A stretch of 64,000 nucleotides of DNA. Source: Gammaproteobacteria bacterium (lineage in GTDB: Bacteria; Pseudomonadota; Gammaproteobacteria; Eutrophobiales; Eutrophobiaceae). Both the position numbers and the translations under genes were made by a program. The notes below the pieces were generated by a model. That model was given only the letters and a program-made list of their open reading frames with translations. It was not told where the DNA came from and made no database searches. The stretch is from the NCBI GenBank assembly GCA_030835405.1, contig JAURPG010000052.1, positions 1,698-65,697 of the forward strand. The letters are read 5' to 3'. Below, piece by piece: positions 37,682 to 45,394 of the stretch; position 1 is the stretch's first letter, and each line of letters starts with the position of its first letter.

Positions 37682-37702
37682 GGGGCCATTTCAGATGGCC
37701 CC
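37682..37702. terminator. Bidirectional hairpin GGGGCCAT-TTCAG-ATGGCCCC
   Basis: Perfect 8-bp GC-rich stem between convergent genes ending at 37664 and 37734. Confidence 0.6.
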
Positions 37703-37733
37703 ATTGATTTCGGTTAAACCAGAAATTATTTAA

Positions 37734-38084
37734 TCATCTATTACGTCTTGCCTGAATCCGTCTGGCATTGGCCCGTTCTCGTGGACCTATTTGTCCGTCA
37801 TTATTTCTGTCAAACCGTGGACGTATATCCCTGGGCCTGTCATTGGAACCCTGGCTTTGTTTCCAGCGATTATAAAAATGTCGTGCATGATAGGCTTCAC
37901 GATCATTTAGTGTGCCATCTCCATCCTTGTCAAAGTGGTTTATAATTCGCTCATGTTTTGGCCGAAGCTCGGTATTTGTGTCCTGCGCCATTATTTCCGG
38001 AGGTAAAAATACGATCGTTCCGAATACGGCAAGCAAGATGATGTCTTCTATTAAATATTTTTTTATATAGGCTTTGGTATTCAT
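37734..38084 (-). CDS. EF-hand calcium-binding protein, exported
   Basis: It has two canonical EF-hand loops, DKDGDGTLNDRE and DRNNDGQIGPRE, and an N-terminal hydrophobic segment. Confidence 0.7.
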   Translation of the reverse strand: MNTKAYIKKYLIEDIILLAVFGTIVFLPPEIMAQDTNTELRPKHERIINHFDKDGDGTLNDREAYHARHFYNRWKQSQGSNDRPRDIRPRFDRNNDGQIGPRERANARRIQARRNR

Positions 38085-38243
38085 CAGGTTCTCCTTTTTT
38101 TTGTAACCTTAAGCCTATTAACGTGCCCACTCTTAGTGAGTTGACCATGATCGGAAATTTTGGCGTATTAAATTTTAAATTGTGATCAGTCTCACAGTTT
38201 GACGAGATTAAATATTTTCTTTGTTATTAAAGCAGTTAAACCA

Positions 38244-39149
38244 TTAAGGCTGCATGAGTGAGTGTAGAATTCTCAAAAAGGTTTCTGGATTTAAAAAGCC
38301 CTGTCCCCAGACTTGATCAAAATCTGCATTGGGATTTAATTCAATGATCTCTTCTATGGTCATTTCTTCATCGATGAGATCTTGCATACGATTACGAACG
38401 GTCATTAACATCCTACGGTAATTAGTCAGATCACGTTTATTCGCCAGGGGGCCATGCCCGGGGATGATGCGGGTATTGTTGTTTGCAAGGCTGAGTACCA
38501 GATCCACTGCACGTAAAACTCCGTCTACACTGCCGGCGCTGGATTTATCAATAAATGGATACAGCCCATTAAAGAATATGTCACCCGTATGGATAACATT
38601 GGCTTCACGAAAAAAAATGATGCTGTCGCCATCGGTGTGGGCATTGAGTACATGGATGGCCTCTATGGTCTGTCCATTTAAATGAAAGGTGGCCGTTTCA
38701 CTAAAAGTGATTGAGGGCAAGGCTACCTCAGGCGCTGCGGGGATGGTCTGGTTAAATGCTTCAATAAAGCCTTCAGTACTCATTCGTTTCCTGACGTTAT
38801 CATGGGCAACCAGGATGACACCCTGGTTGCCCAGGTTTTCATTGCCTCCGGTATGGTCAAAATGCCAGTGAGTATTAATCATGAATTTAATGGGTTGCAG
38901 AGTTAGTTCTGACAGGGCATTGCGGATTTTTTCAGTTAATGGCGCAAATTGATCATCAATCAAAAAAACACCATCCTCTCCGATGGACACACCAATATTA
39001 CCGCCTTGCCCAACCAGCATATATATTCCGTTTGCCACCTCGGTGGTTTCAATGACGATAGCGGCAAACTGATCATCCTGGGCAGATACTGGTGTTAGTT
39101 GATAACACAATATAATAAAAACCAGGTAAATTTTATTCATCCTGCTCAT
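38244..39149 (-). CDS. MBL-fold metallo-hydrolase, secreted
   Basis: INTHWHFDHTGGN is an HxHxDH motif. The signal peptide is MSRMNKIYLVFIILCYQLTPVSAQ from the ATG at 39149. It overlaps the 3' end of the upstream CNNM gene. Confidence 0.7.
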   Translation of the reverse strand: MSRMNKIYLVFIILCYQLTPVSAQDDQFAAIVIETTEVANGIYMLVGQGGNIGVSIGEDGVFLIDDQFAPLTEKIRNALSELTLQPIKFMINTHWHFDHTGGNENLGNQGVILVAHDNVRKRMSTEGFIEAFNQTIPAAPEVALPSITFSETATFHLNGQTIEAIHVLNAHTDGDSIIFFREANVIHTGDIFFNGLYPFIDKSSAGSVDGVLRAVDLVLSLANNNTRIIPGHGPLANKRDLTNYRRMLMTVRNRMQDLIDEEMTIEEIIELNPNADFDQVWGQGFLNPETFLRILHSLMQP

Positions 39150-40215
39150 TTTTTTGTTCCTCAGATTTTGAGTTTGAGTTAGATCTTTTTCTTGCGCGTA
39201 TACGCCAATAACGCCTGGCCAATTCCTGCATATCTTTGACATTGTCGCTTTCATCGACTATTTCCAGGCCCAGCATGGTTTCCAGGGCATCTTCCAGGGT
39301 CAGGATACCATGAACACTTCCATATTCATCTACCACCAGCATGATGTGGGTACGTAAATGCAGCAATTTATCGATGACCCTGGATAATGGCAGCATTTCA
39401 TTTACGGATGTCATTTCTCGCTTATATTCTGATACCAGGCTGGAACCATTGCCCCCCGCCATAGCATGGAGCAGGTCGGATCTGAGTACGAACCCGGTGA
39501 TGTTGCCCGGAGTTTCGTTATAGACAGGTATTCTGGAAAAAGATGTCTGTGAGCTATAATTTTCGTAGTATTCCCTTATGGTGATATTGTCGGGAATCGT
39601 AAATAGAACGGTATTCGGTGTGCTGGCATCTTTAACTTTTAACTGATCCATGGAAAGCAAATTGATCATTATATTTGATTCTTTTTTTGCCAGTTGTCCT
39701 TCTTCCCAGCCCTTTTCTGCCAGAGCGGCGAGCTCTTCCCGATTGATCCCTGTAAGAACCGGGCCTTCAGTCATCGATTTAGTTAAATAGTCAGATAGCT
39801 TTACAAAAGGGTAGAGTATCCATACCAGGTAACGAACGAAGTAAGCAGTAACAGGGGCAAGTCTCTCCCAGTAATGCGCTCCTAAAGTTTTCGGAATAAT
39901 TTCGGAGAACACCAGGATCAGAAAGGTCATAATTGCAGACGCAATACCCAATGCTGCATTGCCGAATAATGCCATGGCCTGTGCCCCGGCACCTGCCGCG
40001 CCGACGGTATGAGCAATGGTGTTTAATGTCAGGATGGCGGCAAGCGGTTGACTGATATTTTCTTTTAAGTTACGTAATACTATTGCAGACGGCTTGCCTT
40101 CCTTTTCATTTACCGCAATGTAACCCGAGGTGACACTCAATAAAACAGATTCCGCAATAGAGCAAAGAAAGGAAAAAACCAGGGCGATTAATACGTAGAT
40201 TATTAATAAAAACAT
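39133..40215 (-). CDS. CNNM/DUF21-CBS family transporter (CorC/HlyC-like)
   Basis: The N-terminal DUF21-type membrane domain contains EIIPKTLG. A CBS-pair-like region follows (VVDEYGSVHGILTLEDALE). Confidence 0.75.
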   Translation of the reverse strand: MFLLIIYVLIALVFSFLCSIAESVLLSVTSGYIAVNEKEGKPSAIVLRNLKENISQPLAAILTLNTIAHTVGAAGAGAQAMALFGNAALGIASAIMTFLILVFSEIIPKTLGAHYWERLAPVTAYFVRYLVWILYPFVKLSDYLTKSMTEGPVLTGINREELAALAEKGWEEGQLAKKESNIMINLLSMDQLKVKDASTPNTVLFTIPDNITIREYYENYSSQTSFSRIPVYNETPGNITGFVLRSDLLHAMAGGNGSSLVSEYKREMTSVNEMLPLSRVIDKLLHLRTHIMLVVDEYGSVHGILTLEDALETMLGLEIVDESDNVKDMQELARRYWRIRARKRSNSNSKSEEQKNEQDE

Positions 40216-40266
40216 TTAAGGTTTATTATACACAGAAAAAATCTTTGACCGAAAATTCAATAAATT

Positions 40267-41718
40267 TTATTCGGACAGTTTTTCATTTATCCAACGCACA
40301 ATCATGCCAGTCAACTCAGGTTTGGTTTTTAGCATGGAGGAACCACGTCCGGCATCATCATACATTATTAATTCGGTTTCCTTATTATTGGATAATCCGT
40401 AGGTTTTTCGAGTGGCATCTGCCAGGCTACGACCATCAGCCCTGACATCATTTATACTGGCGGTTAAAAACAACGGAATATCCATTTCGGTAATATATTG
40501 GTCCGTGGTTTCATTGCCACCATAAAAAGACAGTCCAACGATAGTCTTAACCCGCTCATCCCGGTAGGCAGCGGCAACGGTCGGGCCACCCCGTGAGGTG
40601 GCTGTCACCAGGGCGATACGACCAGGATCCACTCCCTGCTGTGAAGCCAGAAAAGTGATAGCCGCCTTAATATCTTTTTGAATGATATCGATATCAAAAG
40701 CATACGGGCGCTCATTATTGGCCGCGCTGGTCATATAGCCACGCTGGTCAAATATGAGTGAAGCCATGCCTGTTTTGGTAACTTCCCGCGCCAGATGCCA
40801 CCAGGTCGTTGCATCATGATTGGCGCCATGAATAAATACCACACCGGCAACCGGTTGTGATTCGGTATCTATCCAGTCTGGCATATACAGTGTTCCACGC
40901 AATAATTTTCGGTCTTCAGTCCTGAAAGATACCTTGGACTGATACCCAATGCCCATCAGGTTAGTCATCAACCAGTCGGTTGTTTTACCTATAGGATTAC
41001 CCGGGCGGTTAAAGATAGAGGCCCCGCGATCCATCACAAATAGCAATTCACTGCCATTGTCTCCAGATAAAAAATAGGGTTCAGCGGCCATCTGCTGTTT
41101 TTGTTTATCATCATCTTCACTCATAAATGCGAGTACCGGCAGGTCTTTACGATTTTTTAGTGCTTCACGGCCGCTGTCCGTCAGCCAACCGGTACTCAAC
41201 ATAATGGCCTTAATCTGATCATGATTGGTGGCTGCCTCACGCGCCACATAGTCCACCATAACGCTGGCACCGAATACCGCGATGCGGTTACCATCTACCT
41301 CCTTTTGTGATGCAAGCGTATCAACGGCAGCACGAATATCCAGTTGTATGGCATCGCGCTCTTTCTGGGTAAATAATTGATAGGCCTTACTGCCAAAACT
41401 GGCATCCGTACCACGGACATCCACCGCCAGGGCTGCCATACCCCGTTCAGCTATTCCCAGGGAGATTTCATCACTGATGCTCCTGGGTACCCAGTCTGGT
41501 TCACTCATAATAACGACACCCGGTATGGGGTTGGGTTTGTTAACAGGAGGAAGATATAATGTAGCATATAGGGTCCAGCCATCTTCGGTTACAAAGTTTA
41601 ACTCTTTGATGATTGATTTATTATCTTCAGGGATTTGTGCATTCAGTGTTTGAATCGGAAGTAATAAAGTACAAGTCAAAAAAATAAAACTGATAGTTGA
41701 GATTAATAATTGTTTCAT
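40267..41718 (-). CDS. Secreted alpha/beta-hydrolase-fold protein with two tandem hydrolase-like halves
   Basis: Signal peptide ending LNAQ. It has two similar halves: PGVVIMSE...MAALAVDVRG...AVFGASVM and AGVVFIHG...MASLIFDQRG...LVTATSRGG. Confidence 0.6.
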   Translation of the reverse strand: MKQLLISTISFIFLTCTLLLPIQTLNAQIPEDNKSIIKELNFVTEDGWTLYATLYLPPVNKPNPIPGVVIMSEPDWVPRSISDEISLGIAERGMAALAVDVRGTDASFGSKAYQLFTQKERDAIQLDIRAAVDTLASQKEVDGNRIAVFGASVMVDYVAREAATNHDQIKAIMLSTGWLTDSGREALKNRKDLPVLAFMSEDDDKQKQQMAAEPYFLSGDNGSELLFVMDRGASIFNRPGNPIGKTTDWLMTNLMGIGYQSKVSFRTEDRKLLRGTLYMPDWIDTESQPVAGVVFIHGANHDATTWWHLAREVTKTGMASLIFDQRGYMTSAANNERPYAFDIDIIQKDIKAAITFLASQQGVDPGRIALVTATSRGGPTVAAAYRDERVKTIVGLSFYGGNETTDQYITEMDIPLFLTASINDVRADGRSLADATRKTYGLSNNKETELIMYDDAGRGSSMLKTKPELTGMIVRWINEKLSE

Positions 41719-41808
41719 ACTGAAGCCCCCGAAGGTACGTATTAATATTATTGCTATATTATAGTCAAACTACAGCCAATATAACCTGATAGATATGACT
41801 CAAGATTT

Positions 41809-42702
41809 CTATAACAGTATATCTCTTGCGCTATCAGTAACTGTTTTTACAGAAGTGTGGGATATCTTTCTTTCAACAGATATGGCATAAAAACTTTGTT
41901 TTACCTCGGAAGTAATGCCGATACTTTGAACTTTAAATTGACGACAAATCTCATCACCAATCACACTGGGAGCAAAGAAAACTCCTGTGCCTTCAGATCC
42001 AAAGGCTTTTAATAAAGCCGTATCATCAAATTCACCAATGATAATCGGATAGATATTCCTGGTTTCCAGCCAGTCCAGGACAGGCTGCCTGATTGCAGCG
42101 GCTGGTCCCGGTATAAGCATTGGTTGAGTATCAATACAGTCTGGAAAGTTTCCCTTTAAGTTAGAGATTAATTTTGGTGCAGCAAAGAACTCAATATCAC
42201 TGGCACCCAGCAGGTGGTTATACGCACGAACATCAATATTGGTTGGCATGGGTGAGTCTGCAATGACCATGTCCAGTTCATGGACCGCCAGCTCTGTCAT
42301 TAGCTTAACCAGATCAAATTCATGACAGATTAATTTAATCGGTTCATTGGCATGTATAGAAGGTAAAAGAAACTTAAATGCGATTGACTTGGGTATGACA
42401 TCTGCCACACCAACCCTGAACTCAGAGGGTTTATTGGTTACCCCGGTATGCAGGGCATTTTCCAGTTGTTCACCGATGGAAAATATCTCTTCTGCATATC
42501 CAAGGACTTTTCTACCTTGATCAGTTAATGCAAGCTTACGACCAGATTTACGTAATAGTTGTTCTCCTATGGAATCTTCAAATACCTTCAACTGCCCGCT
42601 CACAGTCTGGGGAGTGAGGTTTAGGCGGTCACTGGCCCTTAACAGGCTGCCTTCTCGTGCAACCAGGTAGAAGTAATAAAGGTGTTTATAATTCAGTCTC
42701 AT
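41809..42702 (-). CDS. LysR-family transcriptional regulator (NhaR-like)
   Basis: The N-terminal wHTH is MRLNYKHLYYFYLVAREGSLLRASDRLNLTPQTVSGQLK. A LysR substrate-binding domain follows. Confidence 0.85.
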   Translation of the reverse strand: MRLNYKHLYYFYLVAREGSLLRASDRLNLTPQTVSGQLKVFEDSIGEQLLRKSGRKLALTDQGRKVLGYAEEIFSIGEQLENALHTGVTNKPSEFRVGVADVIPKSIAFKFLLPSIHANEPIKLICHEFDLVKLMTELAVHELDMVIADSPMPTNIDVRAYNHLLGASDIEFFAAPKLISNLKGNFPDCIDTQPMLIPGPAAAIRQPVLDWLETRNIYPIIIGEFDDTALLKAFGSEGTGVFFAPSVIGDEICRQFKVQSIGITSEVKQSFYAISVERKISHTSVKTVTDSARDILL

Positions 42703-42809
42703 ATAAATATTCGAAAAAAACTTATTAAAATAATTAAAAAATCGAATATATCTTATTATAGTTTCCCACTATATTTCCACCCAATGTAATAAATAGCGGA
42801 CAAATAATC

Positions 42810-43130
42810 ATGAAAATTCATTTTCAATTGATTGGTGACTTACAAGCTAATGAGCAGGAATTACGGGATTACACCTCACAAAAGGTCGTTGCTGCGATGA
42901 AATCGAGCAAGCGGTATATCGAGGAAGTTGTCGTGAGTGTTGTTAATACCCAGAGCAAATCCACTGAGCGTGGAAAGAAATGTTCCGTTCATCTGTTTAT
43001 ACCTGGGCAGAACCCCATCCAGGTAAAAAAACATGCGGATAACATTCTATATGCAATCAATAGCGCGATTGATATAGCGAGCTATAAATCACGTATTCGT
43101 ACACGCCAGCGGGCAATGCTTGCTGCCTGA
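42810..43130 (+). CDS. HPF/RaiA-like (sigma-54 modulation / ribosome hibernation family) protein
   Basis: 106 aa with a family-like pattern: MKI...LRDY...K...IEEVVVSV....K..V.L..PG......KHADN.LYAINSAIDI. This assignment is tentative. Confidence 0.45.
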   Translation: MKIHFQLIGDLQANEQELRDYTSQKVVAAMKSSKRYIEEVVVSVVNTQSKSTERGKKCSVHLFIPGQNPIQVKKHADNILYAINSAIDIASYKSRIRTRQRAMLAA

Positions 43131-43149
43131 TAATAAAAGGAGACTAACT

Positions 43150-43788
43150 ATGATTAAGAGTAAAAAAAATGGACTGTTATTAAGAATTACACTACTAATG
43201 TCGTTTTTGTTTTCATCTGTTGCTATAGCACAGGGTATTGTAGATATAAGAGATCCGTTACGGGGTGTGTCTTACTACAGTCTTGAACTGAGTAATGACC
43301 CTATATCGGAGTTGCAGTTTGTTGACAGCTTCATGACGGGTAATGATTCCCTGACGATAGGTGTTAGTGCATTATATTTTGATGAAAGCAAAACAGTAGA
43401 TGAGTATATATTATGGTTTCATCATAATGGAGACAGGAAATGGTTTTCTGCCTCACACGACAATACATTAACGGTTAATACAGGTGACAGGTACAAGGAA
43501 ATTGATTACCTGCATATCACAACCTCTGGTTTTAATGACGATGCTAGCTTTTCTGAAAAGGTTGAATACAGGTTAACAGACGAAGAGTTTCTTTCAATCC
43601 TGGAATCTGAAGAAGTCAGTTTTGAACTGTCCACAGCACTTGGGAAAATAACCAAGTCTCTTGAACAGGAAGAAATAACAGGGTTATTGAGATTTGATGC
43701 AAAGGTAAGAAAACTTCATTCAGATTCCCATATCCTTCATAGGACGGGTCTGGAAAATCTCGAAAAGAGTTTCAATAAATTTAATTAA
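43150..43788 (+). CDS. Secreted protein of unknown function
   Basis: The ATG at 43150 follows an AAAGGAGA RBS. The signal peptide is MIKSKKNGLLLRITLLMSFLFSSVAIAQG. Confidence 0.5.
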   Translation: MIKSKKNGLLLRITLLMSFLFSSVAIAQGIVDIRDPLRGVSYYSLELSNDPISELQFVDSFMTGNDSLTIGVSALYFDESKTVDEYILWFHHNGDRKWFSASHDNTLTVNTGDRYKEIDYLHITTSGFNDDASFSEKVEYRLTDEEFLSILESEEVSFELSTALGKITKSLEQEEITGLLRFDAKVRKLHSDSHILHRTGLENLEKSFNKFN

Positions 43789-43810
43789 TTCCTGGAGTAG
43801 CCAGTAAACT

Positions 43811-43846
43811 GCCGGGTAATCCAGAGGGGTTACCCGGCATTTTTTA
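43811..43846 (+). terminator. Rho-independent terminator
   Basis: The stem GCCGGGTAA (43811-43819) pairs with TTACCCGGC (43830-43838). It is followed by ATTTTTTATTT. Confidence 0.75.
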
Positions 43847-43940
43847 TTTCATTAGAAATTAATGGAAATTCCCCCTTGGCTTGATTATGCTTTAAACTCT
43901 GAATCAGTGCGGCAAGGCAAAGTGACTGGTTAAGTAATAT

Positions 43941-44483
43941 ATGTACAGGCTAAATATAATCTTGATTATTTGCTTATGGGGAAATCACCCAATTGCGGCG
44001 CAGGAGTTCGATTTTTCACCTCCTGTCAGAGATCCTGACGTGGGCTATGTGCCCACTTCCCCTGAAGTGGTTGATGCCATGCTTGGCCTGGCCGACGTGT
44101 CAGCGGACGATATTGTATACGATCTTGGGTCTGGTGATGGACGGATTGTTATTGCCGCTGCCAGAGACTATGGGGCCAAGGGAGTGGGGATCGATGTCAC
44201 ACCCAGACGGATCCGGGAAGCGACTGAAAATGCAGAACAGGCCGGGGTGTCCGATCGAGTCACCTTTATCCAGGGTGATATCTTCGTTGAAGATTTCAGT
44301 GAAGCAACAGTCGTTACCTTGTATTTACTCGATGAGCTTAATCTCAGATTAAGACCCAGGTTACTGAGTGAACTGAAGCCCGGTACGCGTATCGTCTCCA
44401 ATACCTTTAAAATGGGAGACTGGGAACCTGAACAGGTCCGAATAGCCGGTGACCGTTTTATCTATATTTGGACCGTCCCTTGA
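43941..44483 (+). CDS. Class I SAM-dependent methyltransferase with an N-terminal signal-like segment
   Basis: Motif I is VYDLGSGDGRIVIAAA. It is followed by GIDV and FIQGDIF (motifs II/III). Confidence 0.75.
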   Translation: MYRLNIILIICLWGNHPIAAQEFDFSPPVRDPDVGYVPTSPEVVDAMLGLADVSADDIVYDLGSGDGRIVIAAARDYGAKGVGIDVTPRRIREATENAEQAGVSDRVTFIQGDIFVEDFSEATVVTLYLLDELNLRLRPRLLSELKPGTRIVSNTFKMGDWEPEQVRIAGDRFIYIWTVP

Positions 44484-44515
44484 AACAAGGTTTTTATAAG
44501 TATCGGAATAAAAAA

Positions 44516-44550
44516 GGGTCGGAGTGATTTTAAATTAATCACCTCCGACC
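44516..44550. terminator. Bidirectional hairpin terminator
   Basis: GGGTCGGAGTGATT pairs with AATCACCTCCGACC over 13 bp with one bulge. It is flanked by AAAAA upstream and a T-rich tract downstream. It lies between convergent genes ending at 44483 and 44573. Confidence 0.6.
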
Positions 44551-44572
44551 GCTTAATTTCATTTATCTGTAA

Positions 44573-45286
44573 TTATGCAGGTGGCGTAGGTAATGACGGG
44601 GTTGAGAAGGTCATCTCTGTTATCGATTTAATACTTCGTCTGCCGTAACGGAACGGTATAATCAACCGCAGGGGCGCACCATGATCTGCAGGTAACGGAG
44701 CACCATTCATCTCCCAGGCCAGCATGACCTGAGGGTGCATGAGCGTGTTCATATCTTCATCGCCATAGGCGCCATCAAAACCCATGGTCCTGCAATAATG
44801 GACGCCTTTATGAAGTCCTAGAATCTGGGCAAAGTCAGAAAACCGAACGCCGCCCCAGGTAACTATGCCCCTGGGGGTAGGGGCACCACATTGTAATAAA
44901 TAAGTTTTCTCGATTTTTGGTAATGTCTCAAGGTCACTTGCCCTTAAGGTCCCACTGATGCGAGACAGGCCACGAGTGTTAATGGAGACCTTGAGATCCT
45001 GAAAGTTGGGATTCAGATCAGGTGGTGTCTTGCGATCCGGTGTGCGCCATTTCAATGGACCTTCAATGGGGCCTGCCAGGCTGGGGTCATATTCAACAGC
45101 CGAGCCGTCGGCGTTTAAAGGTAATTCAGCCGGGAACCCTTCACGCATTTCCGTGGGTACCAGTTGCTCAGGAACATCAACCCGGGTCTGGGCAAACAGG
45201 ATATCGGGTTTAATGGCACTGACCAGTGACAGGCTTGCCAGGGTCTTGCCAGAGGTGCTGATGAGTTTTCGTCTTGTATATGCCAT
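44573..45286 (-). CDS. Tat-signal molybdopterin-binding oxidoreductase (sulfite-oxidase/YedY-MsrP superfamily, short form)
   Basis: The Tat-like N-terminus is MAYTRRKLISTSGKTLASLSLVSA. YLLQCGAPTPRG is a candidate Mo-ligand Cys context. The C-terminus is GAPLRLIIPFRYGRRSIKSI. Confidence 0.65.
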   Translation of the reverse strand: MAYTRRKLISTSGKTLASLSLVSAIKPDILFAQTRVDVPEQLVPTEMREGFPAELPLNADGSAVEYDPSLAGPIEGPLKWRTPDRKTPPDLNPNFQDLKVSINTRGLSRISGTLRASDLETLPKIEKTYLLQCGAPTPRGIVTWGGVRFSDFAQILGLHKGVHYCRTMGFDGAYGDEDMNTLMHPQVMLAWEMNGAPLPADHGAPLRLIIPFRYGRRSIKSITEMTFSTPSLPTPPA

Positions 45287-45394
45287 GATTCAATTCCTTA
45301 GTAGTTAGTATTATCGTTAACTGTTCTCAGTTTGGATTGATTATTCTGGTAGTGCGAAGACATAAATAGCATTATGGCCTCTAACCAGGTTTAG

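Noticed and set aside
35450-43900. The AT-rich block as a prophage or integrative element.
   Set aside because: It has no phage structural, integrase or excisionase genes, no flanking tRNA, and no direct repeats I could find. I retain only the weaker claim of compositional atypicality.
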